A stretch of DNA of 19,835 nt from a virus (taxonomy: Duplodnaviria > Heunggongvirae > Uroviricota > Caudoviricetes). This document shows positions 11,911 through 19,835 of this stretch, piece after piece. The position numbers and the translations under genes are program-made. The notes below the pieces were generated by a model, which was not told where the DNA came from, did not search any database, and was given only the letters and a program-made list of their open reading frames with translations. Numbering within the stretch: position 1 is the first letter of the stretch; each line of letters opens with the position of its first letter. The stretch lies in IMG/VR virus record IMGVR_UViG_2713897055_000003; one strand, 5' to 3'.

Positions 11911-12654
11911 ATGACACAGACAGAATCAGCGATTCTGGCGCACGCCCGGCGATGTGCGCCAGCGGAGTCGTGCGGCTTCGTGGTAAGCACGCCGGAGGGG
12001 GAAAGATATTTCCCCTGCGTGAATATCTCCGGTGAGCCGGAGGCGTATTTCCGTATGTCGCCGGAAGACTGGCTGCAGGCAGAAATGCAGGGTGAGATTG
12101 TGGCGCTGGTCCACAGCCACCCCGGTGGTCTGCCCTGGCTGAGTGAGGCCGACCGGCGGCTGCAGGTGCAGAGTGATTTGCCGTGGTGGCTGGTCTGCCG
12201 GGGGACGATTCATAAGTTCCGCTGTGTGCCGCATCTCACCGGGCGGCGCTTTGAGCACGGTGTGACGGACTGTTACACACTGTTCCGGGATGCTTATCAT
12301 CTGGCGGGGATTGAGATGCCGGACTTTCATCGTGAGGATGACTGGTGGCGTAACGGCCAGAATCTCTATCTGGATAATCTGGAGGCGACGGGGCTGTATC
12401 AGGTGCCGTTGTCAGCGGCACAGCCGGGCGATGTGCTGCTGTGCTGTTTTGGTTCATCGGTGCCGAATCACGCCGCAATTTACTGCGGCGACGGCGAGCT
12501 GCTGCACCATATTCCTGAACAACTGAGTAAACGAGAGAGGTATACCGACAAATGGCAGCGACGCACACACTCCCTCTGGCGTCACCGGGCATGGCGCGCA
12601 TCTGCCTTTACGGGGATTTACAACGATTTGGCCGCCGCATCGACCTTCGTGTGA
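11911..12654 (+). CDS. K: Tail tip assembly protein gpK; JAB/MPN (JAMM) metalloprotease domain plus NlpC/P60 cysteine peptidase domain
   Basis: 247-aa ORF; exact JAMM motif H-x-H-x7-S-x2-D at HSHPGGLPWLSEAD (nt 12112-12153); the C-terminal half carries a conserved Cys (GVTDCYTLF) and His residues consistent with NlpC/P60. The last 199 aa, from the Met at 12055, match the lambda gpK sequence as I recall it; the 48-codon N-terminal extension is in frame. Confidence 0.85.
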   Translation: MTQTESAILAHARRCAPAESCGFVVSTPEGERYFPCVNISGEPEAYFRMSPEDWLQAEMQGEIVALVHSHPGGLPWLSEADRRLQVQSDLPWWLVCRGTIHKFRCVPHLTGRRFEHGVTDCYTLFRDAYHLAGIEMPDFHREDDWWRNGQNLYLDNLEATGLYQVPLSAAQPGDVLLCCFGSSVPNHAAIYCGDGELLHHIPEQLSKRERYTDKWQRRTHSLWRHRAWRASAFTGIYNDLAAASTFV

Positions 12655-13223
12655 AAACTGGTGCTGAAGCCATTCGGGCGCTGGCCACACAGCTCCCGGC
12701 GTTTCGTCAGAAACTGAGCGACGGCTGGTATCAGGTACGGATTGCCGGGCGGGACGTCAGCACGTCAGGGTTAACGGCGCAGTTACATGAGACTCTGCCT
12801 GACGGCGCTGTGATTCATATTGTTCCCAGAGTCGCCGGAGCCAAGTCAGGGGGCGTATTCCAGATTGTCCTGGGAGCTGCCGCCATTGCCGGATCATTCT
12901 TTACCGCCGGAGCCACCCTTGCAGCATGGGGGGCAGCCATTGGGGCCGGTGGTATGACCGGCATCCTGTTTTCTCTCGGTGCCAGTATGGTACTTGGTGG
13001 TGTGGCGCAGATGCTGGCACCGAAAGCCAGAACTCCCCGTACACAGACAACGGATAACGGTAAGCAGAACACCTATTTCTCCTCACTGGATAACATGGTT
13101 GCCCAGGGCAATGTTCTGCCTGTTCTGTACGGTGAAATGCGCGTGGGGTCGCGGGTGGCTTCTCAGGAGATCAGCACGGCAGACGAGGGGGACGGTGGTC
13201 AGGTTGTGGTGATTGGTCGCTGA
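12552..13223 (+). CDS. I: Tail tip assembly protein gpI; N-terminal ubiquitin-like (beta-grasp) domain ending in Gly-Gly, hydrophobic Gly/Ala-rich C-terminal region
   Basis: 223-aa ORF MAATHTLPLASPGMARICLYGDLQRFGRRIDLRVKTGAEAIRALATQLPAFRQKL...VPRVAGAKSGG (GG codons at 12849-12854), recognised as lambda gpI; overlaps the K 3' end by 103 nt in another frame. Confidence 0.9.
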   Translation: MAATHTLPLASPGMARICLYGDLQRFGRRIDLRVKTGAEAIRALATQLPAFRQKLSDGWYQVRIAGRDVSTSGLTAQLHETLPDGAVIHIVPRVAGAKSGGVFQIVLGAAAIAGSFFTAGATLAAWGAAIGAGGMTGILFSLGASMVLGGVAQMLAPKARTPRTQTTDNGKQNTYFSSLDNMVAQGNVLPVLYGEMRVGSRVASQEISTADEGDGGQVVVIGR

Positions 13224-13241
13224 TGCAAAATGTTTTATGTG

Positions 13242-13261
13242 AAACCGCCTGCGGGCGGTTT
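13242..13261 (+). terminator. Short stem-loop between I and J (aaaccgcc tgcg ggcggttt), weak terminator-like element
   Basis: Inverted repeat read directly in the 60-nt I-J spacer; the downstream T run is interrupted, so function is uncertain. Confidence 0.3.
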
Positions 13262-13283
13262 TGTCGTTTATGGAGCGTGACGA

Positions 13284-16200
13284 ATGGGTAAAGGCAGCAG
13301 TAAGGGGCATACCCCGCGCGAAGCGAAGGACAACCTGAAGTCCACGCAGCTGCTGAGTGTGATCGATGCCATCAGCGAAGGGCCGGTTGAAGGTCCGGTG
13401 GATGGATTAAAAAGCGTGCTGCTGAACAGTACGCCGGTGCTGGACAGTGAGGGGAATACCAATATATCCGGCGTCACGGTGGTGTTCCGGGCCGGTGAGC
13501 AGGAGCAGACACCGCCGGAGGGATTTGAATCCTCCGGCTCCGAGACGGTGCTCGGTACAGAAGTGAAATATGACACGCCGATCACCCGGACCATCACGTC
13601 GGCAAACATTGACCGTCTGCGTTTTACTTTCGGCGTGCAGGCACTGGTGGAAACCACCTCAAAGGGGGACAGGAATCCATCGGAAGTCCGCCTGCTGGTT
13701 CAGATACAACGTAACGGTGGCTGGGTGACGGAAAAAGACATCACCATTAAGGGTAAAACCACTTCACAGTATCTGGCCTCGGTGGTGGTGGATAACCTGC
13801 CGCCGCGCCCGTTCAGTATCCGGATGCGCAGGATGACGCCGGACAGCACCACAGACCAGCTGCAGAACAAAACGCTCTGGTCGTCATACACCGAAATTAT
13901 CGATGTGAAACAGTGCTACCCGAACACGGCACTGTTCGGCGTGCAGGTGGACTCGGAGCAGTTCGGCAGCCAGCAGGTGAGCCGTAATTATCATCTGCGC
14001 GGGCGTATTCTGCAGGTGCCGTCAAATTATAACCCGCAGACGCGGCAATACAGCGGTATCTGGGACGGAACGTTTAAACCGGCATACAGCAACAACATGG
14101 CCTGGTGTATGTGGGATATGCTGACCCATCCGCGCTACGGCATGGGGAAACGTCTTGGTGCAGCGGATGTAGATAAATGGGCGCTGTATGTCATCGGCCA
14201 GTACTGCGACCAGTCGGTGCCGGACGGCTTTGGCGGCACGGAGCCGCGCATCACCTGTAATGCGTACCTGACCACACAGCGCAAGGCGTGGGATGTGCTC
14301 AGTGATTTCTGCTCGGCGATGCGCTGTATGCCGGTATGGAACGGGCAGACGCTGACGTTCGTGCAGGACCGACCATCAGATAAGGTGTGGACCTATAACC
14401 GCAGTAATGTGGTGATGCCGGATGATGGCGCGCCGTTCCGCTACAGCTTCAGCGCCCTGAAGGACCGCCATAATGCCGTTGAGGTGAACTGGATTGACCC
14501 GAACAACGGCTGGGAGACGGCGACAGAGCTTGTTGAAGATACGCAGGCCATTGCCCGTTACGGTCGTAACGTCACGAAGATGGATGCCTTTGGCTGTACC
14601 AGCCGGGGGCAGGCGCACCGCGCCGGGCTGTGGCTGATTAAAACGGAACTGCTGGAAACGCAGACCGTGGACTTCAGCGTGGGTGCGGAAGGGCTTCGCC
14701 ATGTACCGGGGGATGTCATTGAAATCTGCGATGATGACTATGCGGGTATCAGCATCGGCGGGCGCGTGCTGGCGGTGAACAGCCAGACCCGGATGCTGAC
14801 GCTCGACCGTGAAATCACGCTGCCATCCTCCGGTACCACGCTGATAAGCCTGGTTGACGGAAGTGGCAATCCGGTCAGCGTGGAGGTCCAGTCCGTCACC
14901 GACGGCGTGAAGGTAAAAGTGAGCCGTGTTCCTGACGGCGTTGCCGGATACAGCGTGTGGGGGCTGAAGCTGCCGACGCTGCGCCAGCGCCTGTTCCGCT
15001 GCGTGAGTATCCGTGAGAACGATGACGGCACGTATGCCATCACCGCCGTGCAGCATGTACCGGAAAAAGAGGCCATCGTGGATAACGGGGCGCACTTTGA
15101 CGGCGACCAGAGCGGCACGGTGAATGGTGTCACGCCGCCAGCAGTGCAGCATCTGACCGCCGAAGTCACTGCAGACAGCGGGGAATATCAGGTGCTGGCG
15201 CGATGGGACACGCCGAAGGTGGTGAAGGGCGTGAGCTTCCTGCTTCGCCTGACCGTGGCAGCGGATGACGGCAGTGAGCGGCTGGTCAGCACGGCCCGGA
15301 CGGCGGAAACCACTTACCGCTTCACACAACTGGCTCTGGGGAACTACAGGCTGACAGTCCGGGCAGTAAATGCGTGGGGGCAGCAGGGCGATCCGGCGTC
15401 GGTATCGTTCCGGATTGCCGCACCGGCAGCGCCGTCGCGGATTGAGCTGACGCCGGGCTATTTTCAGATAACCGCCACGCCGCATCTTGCGGTTTATGAT
15501 CCGACGGTACAGTTTGAGTTCTGGTTCTCGGAAAAGCGGATTGCGGATATCAAGCAGGTTGAAACCACAGCACGCTATCTTGGCACGGCGCTGTACTGGA
15601 TAGCCGCCAGTATCAATATCAGGCCGGGCCATAATTATTATTTTTACGTTCGCAGTGTGAACACCGTTGGCAAATCGGCATTCGTGGAGGCTGTTGGTCA
15701 GCCGAGTGATGACGCATCCGGCTATCTGGATTTTTTCAAAGGCGAGATAGGGAAAACCCATCTGGCTCAGGAGCTGTGGACGCAGATTGATAACGGTCAG
15801 CTTGCGCCTGACCTGGCTGAAATCAGGACATCCATTACGGATGTCAGCAATGAAATCACACAGACCGTCAATAAGAAACTGGAAGACCAGAGTGCAGCGA
15901 TCCAGCAGATACAGAAGGTTCAGGTTGATACAAATAATAATCTGAACAGCATGTGGGCTGTGAAGCTGCAGCAGATGCAGGACGGACGCCTTTATATCGC
16001 GGGTATCGGTGCCGGTATTGAGAACACCCCCGACGGCATGCAGAGTCAGGTGCTGCTGGCGGCAGACAGGATTGCGATGATTAATCCTGCAAATGGCAAC
16101 ACAAAACCGATGTTTGTTGGTCAGGGTGATCAGATATTCATGAATGAAGTGTTCCTGAAATATCTGACGGCTCCCACCATTACCAGCGGCGGTAATCCTC

Positions 16201-16763
16201 CTGCATTTTCCCTGACACCGGACGGAAAGCTGACCGCTAAAAATGCAGATATCAGTGGCAGTGTGAATGCGAACTCCGGGACGCTCAACAACGTTACGAT
16301 AAATGAGAACTGTCAGATTAAAGGGAAACTGTCAGCCAACCAGATTGAAGGCGATATTGTCAAAACAGTGGGTAAGGCTTTCCCGCGGGACTCCCGGGCA
16401 CCGGAGCGGTGGCCATCAGGGACCATTACCGTCAGGATTTATGACGATCAGCCTTTTGACAGGCAAATTGTTATTCCGGCGGTGGCATTCTGCGGCGCTA
16501 AACATGAGCGGGAGAATAACGATATTTATTCGTCATGCCGCCTGATAGTGAAGAAAAATGGTGCTGAAATTTATAACCGTACCGCGCTGGATAATACGCT
16601 GATTTACAGTGGTGTTATTGATATGCCAGCTGGTCACGGCCACATGACGCTGGAGTTTTCGGTGTCAGCATGGCTGGTAAATGACTGGTATCCCACAGCA
16701 AGTATCAGCGATTTGCTGGTTGTGGTGATGAAGAAAGCCACCGCAGGCATCAGTATCAGCTGA
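13284..16763 (+). CDS. J: Central tail fibre / host specificity protein gpJ
   Basis: 1159-aa ORF starting [58 protein letters not shown]..., recognised as lambda gpJ. The total length differs from my recollection of lambda J (1132 aa), and the C-terminal ~150 aa (...[19 protein letters not shown]) do not match my recollection of the lambda receptor-binding end. Confidence 0.9.
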   Translation: MGKGSSKGHTPREAKDNLKSTQLLSVIDAISEGPVEGPVDGLKSVLLNSTPVLDSEGNTNISGVTVVFRAGEQEQTPPEGFESSGSETVLGTEVKYDTPITRTITSANIDRLRFTFGVQALVETTSKGDRNPSEVRLLVQIQRNGGWVTEKDITIKGKTTSQYLASVVVDNLPPRPFSIRMRRMTPDSTTDQLQNKTLWSSYTEIIDVKQCYPNTALFGVQVDSEQFGSQQVSRNYHLRGRILQVPSNYNPQTRQYSGIWDGTFKPAYSNNMAWCMWDMLTHPRYGMGKRLGAADVDKWALYVIGQYCDQSVPDGFGGTEPRITCNAYLTTQRKAWDVLSDFCSAMRCMPVWNGQTLTFVQDRPSDKVWTYNRSNVVMPDDGAPFRYSFSALKDRHNAVEVNWIDPNNGWETATELVEDTQAIARYGRNVTKMDAFGCTSRGQAHRAGLWLIKTELLETQTVDFSVGAEGLRHVPGDVIEICDDDYAGISIGGRVLAVNSQTRMLTLDREITLPSSGTTLISLVDGSGNPVSVEVQSVTDGVKVKVSRVPDGVAGYSVWGLKLPTLRQRLFRCVSIRENDDGTYAITAVQHVPEKEAIVDNGAHFDGDQSGTVNGVTPPAVQHLTAEVTADSGEYQVLARWDTPKVVKGVSFLLRLTVAADDGSERLVSTARTAETTYRFTQLALGNYRLTVRAVNAWGQQGDPASVSFRIAAPAAPSRIELTPGYFQITATPHLAVYDPTVQFEFWFSEKRIADIKQVETTARYLGTALYWIAASINIRPGHNYYFYVRSVNTVGKSAFVEAVGQPSDDASGYLDFFKGEIGKTHLAQELWTQIDNGQLAPDLAEIRTSITDVSNEITQTVNKKLEDQSAAIQQIQKVQVDTNNNLNSMWAVKLQQMQDGRLYIAGIGAGIENTPDGMQSQVLLAADRIAMINPANGNTKPMFVGQGDQIFMNEVFLKYLTAPTITSGGNPPAFSLTPDGKLTAKNADISGSVNANSGTLNNVTINENCQIKGKLSANQIEGDIVKTVGKAFPRDSRAPERWPSGTITVRIYDDQPFDRQIVIPAVAFCGAKHERENNDIYSSCRLIVKKNGAEIYNRTALDNTLIYSGVIDMPAGHGHMTLEFSVSAWLVNDWYPTASISDLLVVVMKKATAGISIS

Positions 16764-16782
16764 ATTTTATAACCCATATACG

Positions 16783-16806
16783 GGCGCCAGAAATGGCGCC
16801 TTTTTT
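16783..16806 (+). terminator. Rho-independent terminator downstream of J (palindromic ggcgcc stem, 6-nt loop, T6 run)
   Basis: ggcgcc agaaat ggcgcc tttttt read directly, 20 nt after the J stop. Confidence 0.7.
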
Positions 16807-16830
16807 ATTGCAGAAAAGCGAGAGGTAATT

Positions 16831-17430
16831 ATGCGTAAAGTTTGTGCAGCCATTTTGTCCGCAGCCATCTGTCTGGCCGTATCCGGTGCGCCTGCATGGG
16901 CGTCTGAGCAGCAGGCCACACTGAGCGCAGGGTATCTTCATGCCCGTACGAACGCTCCCGGCAGCGATAATCTGAACGGGATTAACGTGAAATACCGTTA
17001 TGAGTTTACGGACACGCTGGGGCTGATTACGTCATTCAGTTATGCCAACGCTGAAGATGAGCAAAAAACGCATTACAGCGATACCCGCTGGCATGAAGAT
17101 TCCGTGCGTAACCGCTGGTTCAGCGTGATGGCGGGGCCGTCTGTGCGCGTGAATGAATGGTTCAGCGCGTATGCGATGGCGGGTGTGGCTTACAGCCGTG
17201 TGTCGACTTTCTCCGGGGATTATCTGCAGGTGACCGACAATACGGGGAAAACGCACGATGTGCTGATCGGAAGTGATGACGGTCGCCACAGCAACACGTC
17301 TCTGGCGTGGGGGGCTGGCGTGCAGTTTAACCCGACCGAATCCGTGGCCGTTGATGTCGCTTATGAAGGTTCCGGCAGTGGCGACTGGCGCACTGACGGT
17401 TTCATCGTGGGTGTCGGTTATAAATTCTGA
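16831..17430 (+). CDS. lom: Lom-like outer membrane beta-barrel protein (Ail/Lom/PagC family), with signal peptide
   Basis: 199-aa ORF with N-terminal signal peptide [24 protein letters not shown] and C-terminus ...[28 protein letters not shown], which matches the lambda Lom C-terminus as I recall it and ends in the aromatic residue typical of outer-membrane barrels; the N-terminal two-thirds is divergent from lambda Lom. RBS gagagg upstream. Confidence 0.85.
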   Translation: MRKVCAAILSAAICLAVSGAPAWASEQQATLSAGYLHARTNAPGSDNLNGINVKYRYEFTDTLGLITSFSYANAEDEQKTHYSDTRWHEDSVRNRWFSVMAGPSVRVNEWFSAYAMAGVAYSRVSTFSGDYLQVTDNTGKTHDVLIGSDDGRHSNTSLAWGAGVQFNPTESVAVDVAYEGSGSGDWRTDGFIVGVGYKF

Positions 17431-17456
17431 TTAGCCAGGTAACACAGTGTTATGAC

Positions 17457-17483
17457 AGCCCGCCGGTTCAGGCGGGCTTTTTT
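17457..17483 (+). terminator. Rho-independent terminator downstream of lom (8-bp GC-rich stem agcccgcc/ggcgggct, T6 run)
   Basis: agcccgcc ggttca ggcgggc tttttt read directly, 27 nt after the lom stop. Confidence 0.75.
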
Positions 17484-17494
17484 GTGGGGTGAAT

Positions 17495-19723
17495 ATGGCA
17501 GTAAAGATTTCAGGTGTACTGAAAGACGGCACAGGAAAACCGGTACAGAACTGCACAATCCAGCTGAAAGCAAAACGTAACAGTACCACGGTGGTGGTGA
17601 ACACGCTGGCCTCAGAAAATCCGGATGAAGCCGGGCGTTACAGCATGGACGTTGAGTACGGTCAGTACAGCGTTATTCTGTTGGTGGAAGGATTCCCGCC
17701 GTCACATGCCGGGACCATCACCGTGTATGAAGATTCCCGACCCGGTACGCTGAATGATTTTCTCGGTGCCATGACGGAGGATGATGCCCGTCCTGAGGCA
17801 CTGCGCCGTTTTGAACTGATGGTGGAAGAGGTGGCGCGTAACGCGTCCGCGGTGGCACAGAACACGGCAGCCGCGAAGAAGTCAGCCAGCGATGCCAGCA
17901 CATCAGCCCGTGAGGCGGCAACCCATGCGACTGATGCTGCAGGCTCAGCACGCGCAGCCAGCACGTCAGCCGGACAGGCTGCTTCGTCGGCTCAGTCAGC
18001 GTCTTCCAGCGCAGGAACGGCATCAACAAAGGCCACTGAAGCATTAAAAAGTGCTGCCGCTGCAGAGTCCTCAAAAAGCGCGGCAGCTACCAGTGCCAGT
18101 GCCGCGAAAACGTCAGAAACGAATGCTGCAGCGTCACAACAATCAGCAGCCACTTCTGCATCCACCGCGACTACGAAAGCGTCAGAAGCTGCCACCTCAG
18201 CCCGGGATGCGTCGGCTTCAAAAGAGGCGGCAAAATCATCAGAAACGAACGCATCCTCGAGCGCCAGTAGCGCAGCTTCCTCGGCAACGGCGGCAGCAAA
18301 TTCCGCGAAGGCGGCAAAAACGTCCGAGACGAACGCCAGGTCTTCTGAGACGGCAGCGGGACAGAGCGCCTCAGCTGCGGCAGGCTCAAAAACAGCGGCT
18401 GCGTCGTCTGCCAGTGCCGCGTCAACAAGTGCCGGGCAGGCCTCAGCCAGTGCCATCGCCGCCGGAAAATCGGCAGAAAGCGCCGCATCATCCGCTTCAA
18501 CAGCCACAACGAAGGCTTGCGAAGCCACTGAACAGGCCAGCGCAGCAGCGAGGTCAGCTTCCGCAGCGAAGACATCCGAAACGAACGCGAAAGCGTCGGA
18601 AACCAGCGCAGAATCCTCAAAAACGGCTGCCGCATCGTCCGCCAGTTCGGCGGCGTCATCGGCCTCATCGGCGTCTGCTTCAAAAGATGAGGCGACCAGA
18701 CAAGCGTCAGCAGCGAAGGGCAGCGCCACGACGGCATCCACGAAGGCAACAGAGGCTGCTGGCAGTGCGACGGCGGCAGCACAGAGCAAGAGTACGGCAG
18801 AATCCGCAGCAACGCGCGCCGAGACAGCAGCAAAACGGGCAGAGGATATTGCATCCGCTGTGGCGCTTGAGGATGCGAGCACGACGAAAAAGGGGATAGT
18901 ACAGCTCAGTAGTGCGACTAACAGCACTTCCGAGTCACTGGCGGCAACACCAAAAGCCGTTAAGGCCGCGTATGACCTGGCTAACGGGAAATACACCGCA
19001 CAGGATGCAACGACAGCACAGAAAGGGATAATCCAGCTAAGCAGCGCGACCAACAGCACGTCTGAAACGCTTGCCGCGACACCAAAGGCAGTAAAAACAG
19101 CCTATGACAATGCTGAGAAACGTCTGCAGAAAGATCAGAACGGTGCGGATATCCCTGGCAAAGACACCTTTACGAAAAATATTGGTGCCTGCCGTGCCTT
19201 TGGTGGGTCAGTAAGCACAATAACAGGAAACTGGACGACTGCACAGTTTATCGAGTGGCTGGATTCTCAGGGAGCATTTAACCATCCCTACTGGATGTGC
19301 AAGGGTTCCTGGTCTTATGGCAATAATAAAATCATTACTGATACTGACTGCGGTAATATTCATCTCGCCGGAGCTGTCATTGAAGTAATGGGGATAAAGT
19401 CAGCGATGACGATCCGCATTACCACACCGACCACCTCCACTGGTGGTGGAACAACTAACGCCCAGTTTACCTATATTAATCACGGAACAGATTATTCACC
19501 TGGCTGGCGAAGGGACTATAACTCCAGAAATAAGCCAACGGCATCAGAGATCGGGGCGTTACCGTCAGGTGGAACAGCAGTATCATCAGTTAATCTGTCT
19601 TCAAAAGGTCGGGTAACCGCGCTGACAGACAATACGCAGGGGGCAACAGGTCTTGAGTTATACGAGGTGTATAACAACGGATATCCAACAGCGTATGGAA
19701 ATGAAGGCAGGCGATTGCTTTAA
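17495..19723 (+). CDS. stf: Side tail fibre protein Stf-like
   Basis: Product begins [62 protein letters not shown]..., recognised as the lambda Stf N-terminus; long Ala/Ser/Thr-rich shaft, tandem 'KGI(V/I)[11 protein letters not shown](S/T)LAATPKAVK' repeats and a distinct C-terminal domain. ATG 17495 is preferred over the GTG at 17489 given by the ORF track. Confidence 0.85.
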   Translation: MAVKISGVLKDGTGKPVQNCTIQLKAKRNSTTVVVNTLASENPDEAGRYSMDVEYGQYSVILLVEGFPPSHAGTITVYEDSRPGTLNDFLGAMTEDDARPEALRRFELMVEEVARNASAVAQNTAAAKKSASDASTSAREAATHATDAAGSARAASTSAGQAASSAQSASSSAGTASTKATEALKSAAAAESSKSAAATSASAAKTSETNAAASQQSAATSASTATTKASEAATSARDASASKEAAKSSETNASSSASSAASSATAAANSAKAAKTSETNARSSETAAGQSASAAAGSKTAAASSASAASTSAGQASASAIAAGKSAESAASSASTATTKACEATEQASAAARSASAAKTSETNAKASETSAESSKTAAASSASSAASSASSASASKDEATRQASAAKGSATTASTKATEAAGSATAAAQSKSTAESAATRAETAAKRAEDIASAVALEDASTTKKGIVQLSSATNSTSESLAATPKAVKAAYDLANGKYTAQDATTAQKGIIQLSSATNSTSETLAATPKAVKTAYDNAEKRLQKDQNGADIPGKDTFTKNIGACRAFGGSVSTITGNWTTAQFIEWLDSQGAFNHPYWMCKGSWSYGNNKIITDTDCGNIHLAGAVIEVMGIKSAMTIRITTPTTSTGGGTTNAQFTYINHGTDYSPGWRRDYNSRNKPTASEIGALPSGGTAVSSVNLSSKGRVTALTDNTQGATGLELYEVYNNGYPTAYGNEGRRLL
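17840..18860 (+). repeat. Low-complexity Ala/Ser/Thr-rich repeat region encoding the Stf shaft (recurring AAKTSETNA / SSETNA units)
   Basis: Recurrent gcg/gca/tcx/acg codon blocks and repeated motifs such as acgtcagaaacgaatgc and tccgagacgaacgcc; this same composition generates large spurious ORFs in other frames and on the minus strand. Confidence 0.7.
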
Positions 19724-19835
19724 AGCGGGTCTGCATATCGGGATTGGCTTTGTTGGCATTGGCCTTGTGATTGGCTTAATGCTGGATTCCATTGGTCCGG
19801 CGGCGAAAGCGATGGCGGAAAATTTCGACCTGAAT
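19701..19835 (+). CDS. 5' fragment of a gene for a hydrophobic membrane protein, running off the window end; resembles the N-terminal region of PTS galactitol-family EIIC permeases (GatC/SgcC-like)
   Basis: Open frame from ATG 19701 (alternative ATG 19695) to the window end: [45 protein letters not shown]; Gly/Ile/Leu-rich transmembrane-like segment, not Tfa-like. The family assignment is from memory and unverified. Confidence 0.4.
   Translation, partial: MKAGDCFKAGLHIGIGFVGIGLVIGLMLDSIGPAAKAMAENFDLN

Noticed and set aside
11105-11917. 270-aa minus-strand ORF antisense to L (also 10474..11139 and 10833..11231 minus)
   Set aside because: Antisense to the conserved L and M/H genes; composition-driven open frames with no recognisable domains.
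14376-15761. 461-aa ORF on the minus strand inside J
   Set aside because: Lies entirely antisense to the well-supported J coding sequence; Arg/Pro/Ala-rich product typical of spurious antisense frames in GC-rich coding DNA; no RBS or family resemblance.
16766-16830. Possible promoter for lom in the J-lom spacer (tataac-like hexamer near 16767)
   Set aside because: Could not identify a convincing -35/-10 pair with proper spacing by eye; left unannotated.
17992-19059. 355-aa minus-strand ORF, 282-aa Arg/Gln/Pro-rich plus-strand ORF (18051..18899) and 227-aa minus ORF (18171..18854) within stf
   Set aside because: Artefacts of the Ala/Ser-rich low-complexity repeat region of stf (GCN-rich codons are open in several frames); products are non-protein-like low-complexity strings.

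Overview
The window is the late (morphogenetic) arm of a lambda-type siphovirus, almost certainly a lambdoid prophage or phage genome, with every gene on the + strand. It runs from the 3' end of the large terminase gene (A) through the head genes W-B-C/Nu3-D-E-FI-FII and the tail genes Z-U-V-G/T-H-M-L-K-I-J, then a lom-like outer-membrane moron and a side tail fibre gene (stf). The gene identifications rest on my recollection of lambda protein sequences and coordinates; I could not run any search. Head and tail-shaft proteins look near-identical to lambda as I remember it, while the J C-terminus, Lom and the Stf distal part differ, which points to a mosaic lambdoid element with altered host-surface specificity. 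I found no tRNA, rRNA, CRISPR array, integrase, att site or cos site, and no unexplained gene cluster resembling a novel defence or other system. The points most worth checking are: (1) the terminase A reading frame is broken inside an A9 homopolymer; (2) K is a 247-aa ORF carrying a complete JAMM motif plus an NlpC/P60 domain, next to I, which has a ubiquitin-like domain ending in Gly-Gly; (3) lom sits between two strong intrinsic terminators; (4) stf ends abruptly and the last ~135 nt encode the start of a hydrophobic protein that resembles a PTS galactitol-family EIIC, not the expected Tfa chaperone, suggesting a junction or rearrangement. The long minus-strand ORFs are antisense artefacts of GC-rich coding sequence.
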